From assembly GCA_038045705.1 (NCBI GenBank), contig JBBSXO010000005.1, positions 1-64,000 of the forward strand: a DNA stretch of 64,000 bases, written 5' to 3'. Below the pieces are notes generated by a model. It did not search any database. It saw only the letters and a list, made by a program, of their open reading frames with translations, and was not told the origin of the DNA. A program made the position numbers and the translations under genes. Source of the stretch: Nanobdellota archaeon. Its GTDB lineage: Archaea > Nanobdellota > Nanobdellia > Pacearchaeales > GW2011-AR1. Of this stretch, positions 9,476 through 19,345 are shown piece after piece; positions within the stretch are counted from its first letter, which is position 1, and each line of letters starts with the position of its first letter.

Positions 9476-10372
9476 TTATCTTGGAGCTTGATGAACTAAT
9501 CCTTGTAATGTAACATTACCATTGGTTATCATCCATGTTCCATGACCATAAGCACCTGTCCAATTTAGCCCAGGATCAAATGAATTGTCTGGATCATAGA
9601 ATCTAACTGCTAGAGATCCTGAATTTGGATTAGTAGGAACATAACTTCCCTCACCAATACGTCTTATGGAAGTATTATGTAACCAAATAACTTCTCCTCT
9701 TAAGGTATGAGTTACACTACTAAATTTACCCCAAAAGACTGCATTACCATCTTCAGAACTCATTAAGAAAGTATTTGAACCACCAGCTATAATTACCACT
9801 CTCTCTGTTCTTGAATTAAATGTCTGAGTTGGTGTCTGTGAAACAAGCTTTAAATTATTGTTTCCAGGAACATTAAAATATAATTGAGGAGTCTGAACAC
9901 TTATATTATACACAAGCTCACTAGGACCATTAGAATATCCATAACCATAACCGTAGCCATAGCCGTATCCAGCATAATTCCCAGCATTAGAACTACTATT
10001 GCTTCCGCTCCAATTTTGCTGGAAAGTATTATATCCATAACCATACCCTAATTGAGCAGTATTAGATAATAAAGAAATATTAACTCCCTCACAACCAGAT
10101 ATCACAACCCCAGATGGAGTAAATGTACAAACAATACCATCATTAACCTCAAGACTTACACTTTGAACTGGAACCCTTTCATTTGAATTTATATCAATTC
10201 TTCCAATAAAATTAATTACCTCTCCAACTTGATAAGGTGTATTTCTCAAACCAGACAATCCTAAATTCAATGCATCAACAGGACCAACAAAAACAAGTAA
10301 CCCAATAACAAGAGCAGTAATCACACTACTCAATATTTTACTAACACCACCAGTCTTGCTTTTTATCATCAT
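9476..10372 (-). CDS. Secreted/surface protein with Gly-Tyr repeats
   Basis: Signal peptide (basic, hydrophobic, 'VDA|'), GYGYGY tracts, several NxS/T sequons. Confidence 0.7.
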   Translation of the reverse strand: MMIKSKTGGVSKILSSVITALVIGLLVFVGPVDALNLGLSGLRNTPYQVGEVINFIGRIDINSNERVPVQSVSLEVNDGIVCTFTPSGVVISGCEGVNISLLSNTAQLGYGYGYNTFQQNWSGSNSSSNAGNYAGYGYGYGYGYGYSNGPSELVYNISVQTPQLYFNVPGNNNLKLVSQTPTQTFNSRTERVVIIAGGSNTFLMSSEDGNAVFWGKFSSVTHTLRGEVIWLHNTSIRRIGEGSYVPTNPNSGSLAVRFYDPDNSFDPGLNWTGAYGHGTWMITNGNVTLQGLVHQAPR

Positions 10373-10506
10373 GGAAACAAAACCATGAATACACCGTTTA
10401 TAAAGATATGTGGTATAAAATACTACAATCAACAATTCTAGCTCTAAAATCCTAATCTATTCTTTAATTACTAAATTTATATAAATAAAGTAGTTTACAT
10501 CAAAAG

Positions 10507-10851
10507 ATGACAATTGTGCGGGTTACAGATCTAGTTGAATCAGTTTTAAATGGTAAAAATAAAAAAAACTATGAAAAAGAAATAAATGATTTTATTAAAT
10601 ATCATCAAGAAAGAGGAGGAAACCAATTTGTTAAGGATTATATAAGCGAAATAGTTAGATCACGCAAAATGAAAAAAGATATTGTATCTGAAAATCCAGA
10701 ACTTGCACAGCGCATCTTTCAGTTATTTAGAGACACAGAAATTGGAGAAATGTTTGTAAAAAAATACGCAGAAGGTGAATATCACCACACAGCTTATTTC
10801 ATTTCCCTTGAAATTAGGCAACCAATTGACCGACATCCAGTAGTCTTATAA
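10507..10851 (+). CDS. Hypothetical protein
   Basis: 114 aa; TTTATATA box upstream. Confidence 0.6.
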   Translation: MTIVRVTDLVESVLNGKNKKNYEKEINDFIKYHQERGGNQFVKDYISEIVRSRKMKKDIVSENPELAQRIFQLFRDTEIGEMFVKKYAEGEYHHTAYFISLEIRQPIDRHPVVL

Positions 10852-10903
10852 TAACACCTAAATAAAGATAATATTTATAATAGCTCAATCTTGAGAAAGT
10901 TTA

Positions 10904-11836
10904 ATGAAATATTCAGTTATAATTCCAATATACGAAGAAGAAGGAAATATCAAACAATTAGACAAAGAAATAAGAGATGTAATGAACTCATTAGGAGAAT
11001 ATGAAATCATATACATTAATGATGGAAGCAAAGACAAATCATTAACTGAACTAAAAAAACTAAAAAATTCTACAATAATTAATCTAAATCGTAACTACGG
11101 TCAATCCATAGCATTAGACGCAGGTTTCAAGCAAGCCCAAGGAAACATAATAATCTCTATGGATGGAGACTTGCAAAACGATCCTAAAGACATACCAAAA
11201 CTTCTAGAAAAATTAGAAAAAGATAATCTTGATGTAGTAGCTGGCTGGAGAAAAAATAGAAAGGACAAGTCAGGAATAAAAATACTTACAAAAACAGGAA
11301 GACTATTCAGAAGACTATTAATTAAAGATGGTGTTCATGATACTGGCTGTACCTTACGAGTATACAAAAAAGAAGCAGCTAAATCTCTAGATCTTTGGGG
11401 TGAAATGCACCGATACATCCTAGCCTTACTAAGATGGAAAGGATTTACAATTGGAGAAGTAGTAGTAAATCACAGAGCAAGAACACAAGGTAAAAGTAAG
11501 TACAATTACAAAAAAGCATACAAAGGCTTCATAGATCTCATATATATCTGGTTCCTAAACAAATATTCTAACAGACCTCTTCACATGTTTGGAGGTTTAG
11601 GCCTAATCTCATTTTTCACAGGAATCATAATAAGTCTATGGTCAATTTACCAAAAAATAGCAACAAATCTCCCATTAAACAGAAGCGGTTGGTTCTTCTT
11701 AGGTTTCTTCCTAATAATTATAGGAGTTTTGTTCTTCTGTTTTGGAATGCTTATGGATCTGACAATAAGAACTAATGTAAATACCTCTCCAGTAGAAAGG
11801 CGTTATTATGTCCGAGAGGTTATAAAATTAAAGTGA
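10904..11836 (+). CDS. GT2 glycosyltransferase, polyprenol-phosphate type (ArnC/DPM1-like)
   Basis: 'SVIIPIYEE', 'NDGSKD', 'RNYGQ', 'MDGDLQNDP', 'DTGC'; two C-terminal TM helices. Confidence 0.9.
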   Translation: MKYSVIIPIYEEEGNIKQLDKEIRDVMNSLGEYEIIYINDGSKDKSLTELKKLKNSTIINLNRNYGQSIALDAGFKQAQGNIIISMDGDLQNDPKDIPKLLEKLEKDNLDVVAGWRKNRKDKSGIKILTKTGRLFRRLLIKDGVHDTGCTLRVYKKEAAKSLDLWGEMHRYILALLRWKGFTIGEVVVNHRARTQGKSKYNYKKAYKGFIDLIYIWFLNKYSNRPLHMFGGLGLISFFTGIIISLWSIYQKIATNLPLNRSGWFFLGFFLIIIGVLFFCFGMLMDLTIRTNVNTSPVERRYYVREVIKLK

Positions 11837-11916
11837 ACTTTGATTATCAGTTAACCAAATAGCTTCCATCCACAATAGAAGATAGTTTCTATTGTAAATA
11901 GAAAGGGTTATAAATG

Positions 11917-11956
11917 ATGGTAAATAAAGTTACCATATGGTAGAAAATATTAACAC
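11917..11956 (+). promoter_or_regulatory. Palindromic operator pair at the MNT start
   Basis: ATGGTAA-ataaag-TTACCAT (11917-11936) and a degenerate copy beginning at the ATG. Confidence 0.55.
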
Positions 11957-12557
11957 TATTAAGCTAGAACTAATAGGGTTATTTAGAAGCAATTATTTTA
12001 GTCAATTTCACATAAGAGAGATGGCTAAATTAATAGGAAAAAGCCATGTTAGTCTATTGCCCCACTTAAAGAGCTTTGAGGATAATAAAATACTTTTATC
12101 ACATATTGTTGGAAAGAGCAAGGTTTATTCGCTTAACTTAGATAACAATGAGGTAAGAGAATTTTTGTCTTTAAGCGAGAAGAAAGAAACTTTAGAATTA
12201 TTAAGGAAAGAGCTTTTTATTAAAAAACTATATAATGAGTTTTTTAGCTTAGATTTAAACGGGTGTTTAATTTTATTTGGAAGTTATGCTTCTTTAACAC
12301 ATACCAAAGAAAGCGATATTGATCTATTATACATCGGGGAAATAAAAGAAGGTGAAAAAAAGAAAATTAAAGATTTTGGTAAGGTTTACAGTAAAGAAAT
12401 ACACTTGATTTCCATGAATTTAGTCCAATTTAAAGAGCAACTCTCTAAACAAGGAATATTAATTAAAGAGACTGTAAAAAATCATATAATCCTATATAAT
12501 CACGATATATTTATCAATGAAGTGTGGAGGTATTACTATGAAAGAAAAGAAAGATGA
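11937..12557 (+). CDS. wHTH plus minimal nucleotidyltransferase (MNT) antitoxin
   Basis: 'HIREMAKLIGKSH' HTH; 'LFGSYA...ESDIDL'. Confidence 0.85.
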   Translation: MVENINTIKLELIGLFRSNYFSQFHIREMAKLIGKSHVSLLPHLKSFEDNKILLSHIVGKSKVYSLNLDNNEVREFLSLSEKKETLELLRKELFIKKLYNEFFSLDLNGCLILFGSYASLTHTKESDIDLLYIGEIKEGEKKKIKDFGKVYSKEIHLISMNLVQFKEQLSKQGILIKETVKNHIILYNHDIFINEVWRYYYERKER

Positions 12558-13041
12558 TTATTCATTTTGTTTTAAAAAAGCTGGTGGCTTAAAGTTCATT
12601 AATCCTAATGAAAGACTTGTAGAAGTTTATAAGAAAAAATCAAGGTCAGCATTAAATATGCTCCAGTCAGCTAAAGAAAAACAAGAAGACGAATGGATTT
12701 TAGATACATCTTATTATGCAAAATACTTTATAGTCTATGCTTTATTCATGAAAGTTGGAATAAAGTCAGAAATCCACGATTGCACTATTTTTGCATTAAA
12801 ATCTTTATTTGTAGAAGAAGGTCTAATTAATAATGATATTTTTGAGGAACTTGAGAAATCTAAGAATTTGAGAGTTGAAGCTCTTTATTATGACAAAGAT
12901 TTTGGCAGAGAAGAAATATTAGAGAGAGCTGACACTACCCCAGAATTTTGTTTGAAATTAGAGTCTATTATAAACAAAATCAAAAAAGAAGATATGGAAA
13001 GAGTAATAAAGAAATTTAATTTTCTAAAGAGCAGTTTTTGA
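12538..13041 (+). CDS. HEPN domain protein
   Basis: 'SYYAKY', 'GIKSEIHDCT', 'R..ALY'; paired with MNT; GGAGG upstream of the ATG. Confidence 0.8.
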   Translation: MKEKKDDYSFCFKKAGGLKFINPNERLVEVYKKKSRSALNMLQSAKEKQEDEWILDTSYYAKYFIVYALFMKVGIKSEIHDCTIFALKSLFVEEGLINNDIFEELEKSKNLRVEALYYDKDFGREEILERADTTPEFCLKLESIINKIKKEDMERVIKKFNFLKSSF

Positions 13042-13223
13042 AATAACATCTTTATAATTATTTAGAAACATTAAACCCAGTCTCGCCGAAGCAATACTGG
13101 GGAGTATATGGTTATCTTACATATTTGAACCTTAAAAAGCTTTCGCCATCTTTAGTTATATGTTATCAAAAGACTTAAATATAACTAAAAAGATATAATA
13201 TTATACCTAAATAGTTATATAAC

Positions 13224-13817
13224 ATGTTTACAAAAACACAAGCAGAGATAATGAAAGTTTTTGTCTCAAAGATAAATATGCGTTTCAGTATAAAAGAAGT
13301 GGCTGAAATTCTAAATAAGCCTTATCCTCTCATACACAGATCAATAAAAGTACTAATAGAACAAAAATTTATAAAAAAAGATGAGAAAGGGTTTATTTCA
13401 TTAAACTATAAAGAAAATCATTCTGAATTGGCATATATAGAATCTTTAAGAAGTAACGAAAAAATATCTCGAGACAAAACACTATTCCTTTTTGCAAAAG
13501 ACATTAAGGAAAAAATAGGTCTAGATTTTTTTATACTATTAGTATTTGGCTCTTACATCGAAAAAGATAATCCCAGAGATATAGACATATTATTAATAGT
13601 TGAGGAAGAAAGTCTCATAATTAATGTTGAGAAAATAATCTCAAATTTAGCATCTCATTTTACAAAAAACTTTGAAATACAGGTAATATCAATTAAAAGC
13701 ATGAAACAAATGATTTCAAAAAGAGAAGACATCAATTTAATAAATGAAACATTGAATAAACACTTATTTCTTTATGGAGGAGAGATCTATTACAAAATAC
13801 TATCAGATGCTAGATGA
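13224..13817 (+). CDS. wHTH plus MNT antitoxin
   Basis: 'SIKEVAEILNKPY'; 'VFGSY...RDIDIL'. Confidence 0.82.
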   Translation: MFTKTQAEIMKVFVSKINMRFSIKEVAEILNKPYPLIHRSIKVLIEQKFIKKDEKGFISLNYKENHSELAYIESLRSNEKISRDKTLFLFAKDIKEKIGLDFFILLVFGSYIEKDNPRDIDILLIVEEESLIINVEKIISNLASHFTKNFEIQVISIKSMKQMISKREDINLINETLNKHLFLYGGEIYYKILSDAR

Positions 13818-14388
13818 AAAAAAGATAAAAGAAAGCGAGAAAAGGGTAAATATTTTGATTCAAAATGGAGATATAGTAATAAAAGAAAAAGATTTATTTG
13901 CAACCTTTTTCTTAAACAATTCTAAACAATCTTTTGATGTAGCTCAATTACTATACGATGTTTCCACAAAATCAGAACTCAAAAAGATAACTGGATTTCC
14001 AGACTTTAATGGATTTCTTTGGACAATTAATTCAAGCTATTATTCTATGTTTTATATGGTTAGGTCTTTACTTGAAAAATATGGAATAAAGATAAAAACT
14101 GAGCAATCAATTCATCTATTAACATTTGATCTGCTCCTTATTTATTTTTATTCTACTGGTAAAATAGAAAAGCAAATATTAGAAGATTATGGTGAAGCAA
14201 ATAATGAAATATCTGAAATTTTAGGGAAAGAAAAGGCGAAATCCTTAGTTGAAGACTATTCAAGCGAAAGAGAAAAGAGAGGACGTTTTACATATGAAAT
14301 GGGAGAGATTGCACTTCAAAATAAAGCAAAAACTTCTTTAGACAGAGCTAGAAGATTTAATGAAGTTTTAAGGAAAATGATTCAGTAA
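13807..14388 (+). CDS. HEPN domain protein
   Basis: 'SSYYSMFY', 'SIH', 'KRGRFTY'; paired with MNT. Confidence 0.78.
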   Translation: MLDEKKIKESEKRVNILIQNGDIVIKEKDLFATFFLNNSKQSFDVAQLLYDVSTKSELKKITGFPDFNGFLWTINSSYYSMFYMVRSLLEKYGIKIKTEQSIHLLTFDLLLIYFYSTGKIEKQILEDYGEANNEISEILGKEKAKSLVEDYSSEREKRGRFTYEMGEIALQNKAKTSLDRARRFNEVLRKMIQ

Positions 14389-14427
14389 TGCGATTATTTA
14401 TATAACTATAAATTAAGACATTTTTGA

Positions 14428-15498
14428 ATGAAAACAAGTATAATTAATCCAAAGAGATTAAGAATTTTGATGTTAGCACCTACGCCTTTCTTTTCAGACA
14501 GGGGTTGTCATATACGCGTGTTAAATTCTTATTTAAGGTTAAAATCAGAAGGTCACAAAATTACTATTATTACATATCCAATTGGAAGGAATGTAATGAA
14601 CATCAAACCAATTCGTGTACAACAAATTCCAGGATACTCAAAAACTGAACCAGGGTTTTCTATTTACAGACCATTTTTAGACATATTATTATGGATTAAA
14701 GCAAAGAATGAAATGAAATCAAATTCATACGACCTTATTTATGCACATTTACATGAAGGAGCTTTAGTAGGATATTTTCTAAAAAAGGAATTTGATAAAA
14801 AGTTGATTTTTGATAGTCAAGGGTCTTTAGTTGGAGAATTAGCTGCAGGAGGTACAATAAAGAAGAGATCTCTTGCATCAAAGATTTTAGAGAGTATAGA
14901 GAAATTCATAACAAACCAATCTGATGAGATAATTACAAGTACAGAGGGTCTAAAGAATTTCATCACTAAAAATCTCAAAATTAGTAAGAAAATTACAGTT
15001 ATCAAAGATATTCCAGATAAATCCCTATTCAATAAGCAAGTAAAATCTGCATCTCTTAAACTTCCAAAGAATAAGAAGATAGTTGTATATTTAGGTGGAC
15101 TTCAAGAATACAAAGGTATAGATTACCTTCTAAAAGCAATTCCTTTAACAAATCCTAAATTTCATTTCTTGATTATGGGCTATCCTTTAGATCATGTAAA
15201 GAAAGTAGCAAAAGAACTTAAGATTGAAGATAGGATAACCCTAACAGGAAAAATTTCTTATGAAAAAGCCCCGTCTTATCTAAAATTAGGAGATATTGCA
15301 GTTTCTCCAAAAACTCTAGAAAGTGGAGAAGCAAATGCAAAAATATACAATTACATTGCAATGGATCTACCAGTAGTTTGTTTTGATATGGAAGAAACAA
15401 AGGCCTTAAAGAAGGAATTTCCAAAGGCAAAATTCTTTTTCGCAAAAGAAGGAGATGTAAAAGACTTAGCTAAAAAAATAGAGGTAGCTGGAAAATGA
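14428..15498 (+). CDS. GT4 glycosyltransferase
   Basis: 'ILMLAPTPFFSDRG', 'YLGGLQEYKGID', 'KIYNYIAMDLPVV'. Confidence 0.88.
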   Translation: MKTSIINPKRLRILMLAPTPFFSDRGCHIRVLNSYLRLKSEGHKITIITYPIGRNVMNIKPIRVQQIPGYSKTEPGFSIYRPFLDILLWIKAKNEMKSNSYDLIYAHLHEGALVGYFLKKEFDKKLIFDSQGSLVGELAAGGTIKKRSLASKILESIEKFITNQSDEIITSTEGLKNFITKNLKISKKITVIKDIPDKSLFNKQVKSASLKLPKNKKIVVYLGGLQEYKGIDYLLKAIPLTNPKFHFLIMGYPLDHVKKVAKELKIEDRITLTGKISYEKAPSYLKLGDIAVSPKTLESGEANAKIYNYIAMDLPVVCFDMEETKALKKEFPKAKFFFAKEGDVKDLAKKIEVAGK

Positions 15499-16340
15499 AA
15501 AAACCAAAAGTTTCAATACTAATAGTTAATTGGAATTGCGGAGATACAATTCTAAATTGTATTGCTTCAATAGAAGAAAAGTTGAAGAAATACACTTATG
15601 AAATTGTCATCGTAGATAATGATTCAAAAGATGGTAGTGCTAAAAAGATTGAAAAAAAACATCCCAATGTCAAGTTAATAAAAAATAATTTTAACAATAT
15701 GTATGCTGGAGGGAACAATCAAGCATACAAATCATCAAATGGAGATTATATCTTACTACTTAATCCAGACACAGTGGTAAGAAACGGGTCTATCGATGGA
15801 TTGTTAGACTACATTATAAAAAATAAAAAAGACATAGTTACTTGTAAATTACTTAATCTAGACGGTAGCACTCAATATAATATGCACAGAGGTTATCCTA
15901 CCGCTTTCAGACTCTTTACAAGTTTATTATACACACGATATCATATTTTAGGATTTTTACCAAGTGTGAAAAATTACCTTTTAATTAATAATGTATTTAA
16001 TCAAGATTTTTTTGTAGATCAGGCAGCAGGCGCATGTATCTTAATTTCTAGAAAATTAATAAAAAAATTAGGATATCTTTTTGACGAAAAAAACTTCCCT
16101 TTATTTTATAATGATGTAGATTTATCTTATAGGATTAGAAGAAAAAGAATAAAAATTCTCTGTAAAACGAATATCTCTATTTATCACATAAAGGGACATT
16201 CTATAAAAAAAATTGCAAAGTTGAGCTACATTAGAAATCACTTAAAATCAGCTGAAAAATTTTTCAAAAAGCATAAACTATACAAAGATTACGTTATATT
16301 AAAGACAATAAACTTTATTATATTAAATAAGAGCAAATGA
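15495..16340 (+). CDS. GT2 glycosyltransferase (WbbL/rhamnosyltransferase-like)
   Basis: 'SILIVNWN', 'VDNDSKDGS', 'LLNPD', 'GAC', 'DVDLSYR'. Confidence 0.88.
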   Translation: MKKPKVSILIVNWNCGDTILNCIASIEEKLKKYTYEIVIVDNDSKDGSAKKIEKKHPNVKLIKNNFNNMYAGGNNQAYKSSNGDYILLLNPDTVVRNGSIDGLLDYIIKNKKDIVTCKLLNLDGSTQYNMHRGYPTAFRLFTSLLYTRYHILGFLPSVKNYLLINNVFNQDFFVDQAAGACILISRKLIKKLGYLFDEKNFPLFYNDVDLSYRIRRKRIKILCKTNISIYHIKGHSIKKIAKLSYIRNHLKSAEKFFKKHKLYKDYVILKTINFIILNKSK

Positions 16341-17266
16341 AAAATTTATTAAAAAGATTGTTTAAGGTTATTTTTTCAATAGCTTTAATATTTATTTTAT
16401 TTAAGTTGATAGATCTTAATAAAGTAATAAATCTAATAATTGACATTGATTTTAAATTTCTTTTTTTTCCAGCAATTATTTTTTTTATAGGGTTATTTCT
16501 TTCAGTAAAAAAATGGAAAAAGATATTAGAGGTTTATGGGATAAATATAAATTCTTCAGAGCTATTCAAGCTTTATTTAGTAGGGTCATTCTACAATAAT
16601 TTTCTTCCTTCAACAATAGGAGGAGACGGATATAAATTTATTAAATTAAATAAAAAGTATAATTCAAAAAAGAAAGAGATACTCTCATCTATCATTTTAG
16701 AGAGAGCATTTGGATTTTTTACATGGTTTGTAATAAACCTAGTTTTCTTTTTTATCTTTTTTAGGACGATCATTAAAAATAAATATCTTTTAAGTTTAGA
16801 GATTTTTCTAATATTAGGACCACCCTTTCTATTGATATTAATTAATATATTTGGAAAATATTTTAAAATATTTAAAGGAATAAGTTTGATGAGTAAGTTA
16901 TCAAATTTATTTTCAACTCTTGGAATAATTATAAGAAATTATAAGATTTTTTTCTTTTCTTTTTTTATCTCCATTATTATTAATGCTCTAACTATTTTTT
17001 CAATTTACTCTATATTTTTAAGTTTTGGAATATCCGTAGATCTTAGAATAATAGCTTTTTGTATGTCTCTCATTATAATTTACTCAATTATTCCTATTTC
17101 TTTAAACAATATAGGATTTACAGAAAGTTTGTCGGTTTTAGTTTTCTCCATATTTATGATTGATTCAGCGATTATACTTTCAACATTTTTAGTTGCAAGA
17201 TTTACCTCCATATTAATGAGCCTTTTCGGAGGAATTTCAGAAGTATATGATTCCATTAAAAAGTAG
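16337..17266 (+). CDS. UPF0104 / LPG-synthase TM domain (flippase-like) membrane protein
   Basis: 'FYNNFLPSTIGGD', 'ER..G', 'IPISLNNIGFTE'; polytopic. Confidence 0.8.
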   Translation: MKNLLKRLFKVIFSIALIFILFKLIDLNKVINLIIDIDFKFLFFPAIIFFIGLFLSVKKWKKILEVYGININSSELFKLYLVGSFYNNFLPSTIGGDGYKFIKLNKKYNSKKKEILSSIILERAFGFFTWFVINLVFFFIFFRTIIKNKYLLSLEIFLILGPPFLLILINIFGKYFKIFKGISLMSKLSNLFSTLGIIIRNYKIFFFSFFISIIINALTIFSIYSIFLSFGISVDLRIIAFCMSLIIIYSIIPISLNNIGFTESLSVLVFSIFMIDSAIILSTFLVARFTSILMSLFGGISEVYDSIKK

Positions 17267-17281
17267 ATTAAGAGGTAACTA

Positions 17282-19345
17282 TTACTTAGACTCAAATATC
17301 TCAATATTATTTTTATCTGCCCCATCAATGTTTCCAATATAGCTAGGTTTAGTTATATGCATTAAATTAAAATTAGAATAAACAAAATCTTTTGTTTCTT
17401 GATTAACATTTGTTCTAAATCTCGAATCTGCAATAATCATAACTTTAGCCTCTTTAGATGCGATACTTTTTAATTCATCTAAATTTATCCATTGGATGTT
17501 ATTATATATTGAGATAGTTTTATTTTCTTTATAATATGTATAATATGGCCTAAGATAATCATTTAGAATATAATCTATTTTAATATAAGGAGCCATATTA
17601 TACATATCAGTGGTCACAACTTTAGCTCCAGACGTATTTAATTCAGTAAGCAAGTCATAGTTAGTCATTACAAAATTACCTGAAATTGAACTAAATGAAT
17701 AAGGGTCTGTAAATATAGATTTAGTAATTAAATAATTTGGTAAAAGATTATCCTTTGAATATGTTGAAGTAGTAGGGTAATTTAAGTCTACTGGGGTAAT
17801 TAAATAAATTAACAAACTTAAAATTAGTATAACTCCTAAAGTTCTTTTCTTTAAAGAGGTTGATAAAATAAAATATAAATAAGATGTAAATATGATTATT
17901 AAGAAAAACAAACTTTGCCTATAGCGTATAGGATTTTTTTGAAAAAAGAAAGAAAAGAATAAAAGTTCGATAAACAATTGGAATAAGAATATCTGTAAAA
18001 AAGGATTAATCTTAATTCTTTTCTTTAAAATAATAATTGCCCCAATCAAGAAAACTAATAATAGCCTTAATGGGCTAATTAAGAAATTAAGTTTTTTTAT
18101 TCCAGAAACTAAAAAATTTATGCTTAAAAAGTTTAAATTAATCAAATTAGTTTGGGTAGGTTCGAAACCAGGAAGAGTAAGGCTTATCCATTTAGACATG
18201 ACGAAATATTGAATAAGAAAACAGAAGACTATCAAAAATATTGGGATAAAATAGCTTTTATCTTTATTTTTAAATGCTAACAAAAATAAAACTGGAATTA
18301 ATAGAAACACATATTCATAATTTAATCCCAATAATATTGAAAGTAAAATAAACGAAAATTTCTTTTCAGAAGGTGAAAAAAAACATATTAAATAAAGAAA
18401 CCATACATAGAAAAATAGGATCATTAAATAGTGTTTTCCGTGAAATGAATAAAAAATGAAGTAAGATAATATTGAGATCAAACCTGCACAAAATAAAGCT
18501 GTTTTTTTATCAAATAATTTCTTTGCGAAAAAATAAGATATTATTATAACACCTATTCCAAAGACTAAAGAAATAGATCTAAGGGAAATCAATGGATTGT
18601 TTACTATTATAGTCAGCCAATATGCTGGGTATGTGTAAATAAAATTTCTTAAATATAGTCCCCCTGAGTCCAAGAAAGGCAAAATATTCCCTTTGGCAAA
18701 ATTATTAAATATAATATAATAAATTCCTTCATCAATTGAATAACCAACTTTATTTAAGTTCCAAATCCGTAAAATAAAACCTACAATTAAAATAATAGCA
18801 AGTCCCAATGTATATCCCCAGCCTTCCTTATACACCCACTTAACTACACTCCTCAAACCCCAAACTCTACTTATTCTCGGAAATCTATGCTGAAAGTCAC
18901 TTGCTCTTTGTTGCTCTTTACTTTCTTCTATTTGCTTTTCATTTTCCATTTCTCGCTCGATCCTGTTATGGTTAGCGTAAAAAGCAAAGAAACCAAACGC
19001 TACACCCAATATGATAATATGTGTGTTTCTTTCAGTGATAAAATCAAGTTTTAGGAATTGATTTATTGCAAGAGTTATAAGTATTGCAAGAAAGAAATAG
19101 GGAGAAGTTTGAAAGAAAGAATCCATAAAATGAGTCGATCTGTTGTGGAAGTGATTTAATTTTGATTTATATAGAATGGATAATGCAATAGAAAAAACTA
19201 CTATAAAAAAAAGAAAAGTAGAAGTAAAAAATATAGGTAGTTGAATAATTTGAAACTGACTTAAAATTAATAATCCAAGAGAAACAATAGCCAGATTAAG
19301 AAATAAAATATATGTTGATTTATATGCCTGTTCTTTTCGCATCAT
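17282..19345 (-). CDS. GT-C fold (PMT/ArnT-like) membrane glycosyltransferase with an extra N-terminal TM domain
   Basis: 'GFILRIWNL...SIDE', 'LDSG..YLR', 'RSISLVFG', 'KHY'. Confidence 0.78.
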   Translation of the reverse strand: MMRKEQAYKSTYILFLNLAIVSLGLLILSQFQIIQLPIFFTSTFLFFIVVFSIALSILYKSKLNHFHNRSTHFMDSFFQTSPYFFLAILITLAINQFLKLDFITERNTHIIILGVAFGFFAFYANHNRIEREMENEKQIEESKEQQRASDFQHRFPRISRVWGLRSVVKWVYKEGWGYTLGLAIILIVGFILRIWNLNKVGYSIDEGIYYIIFNNFAKGNILPFLDSGGLYLRNFIYTYPAYWLTIIVNNPLISLRSISLVFGIGVIIISYFFAKKLFDKKTALFCAGLISILSYFIFYSFHGKHYLMILFFYVWFLYLICFFSPSEKKFSFILLSILLGLNYEYVFLLIPVLFLLAFKNKDKSYFIPIFLIVFCFLIQYFVMSKWISLTLPGFEPTQTNLINLNFLSINFLVSGIKKLNFLISPLRLLLVFLIGAIIILKKRIKINPFLQIFLFQLFIELLFFSFFFQKNPIRYRQSLFFLIIIFTSYLYFILSTSLKKRTLGVILILSLLIYLITPVDLNYPTTSTYSKDNLLPNYLITKSIFTDPYSFSSISGNFVMTNYDLLTELNTSGAKVVTTDMYNMAPYIKIDYILNDYLRPYYTYYKENKTISIYNNIQWINLDELKSIASKEAKVMIIADSRFRTNVNQETKDFVYSNFNLMHITKPSYIGNIDGADKNNIEIFESK

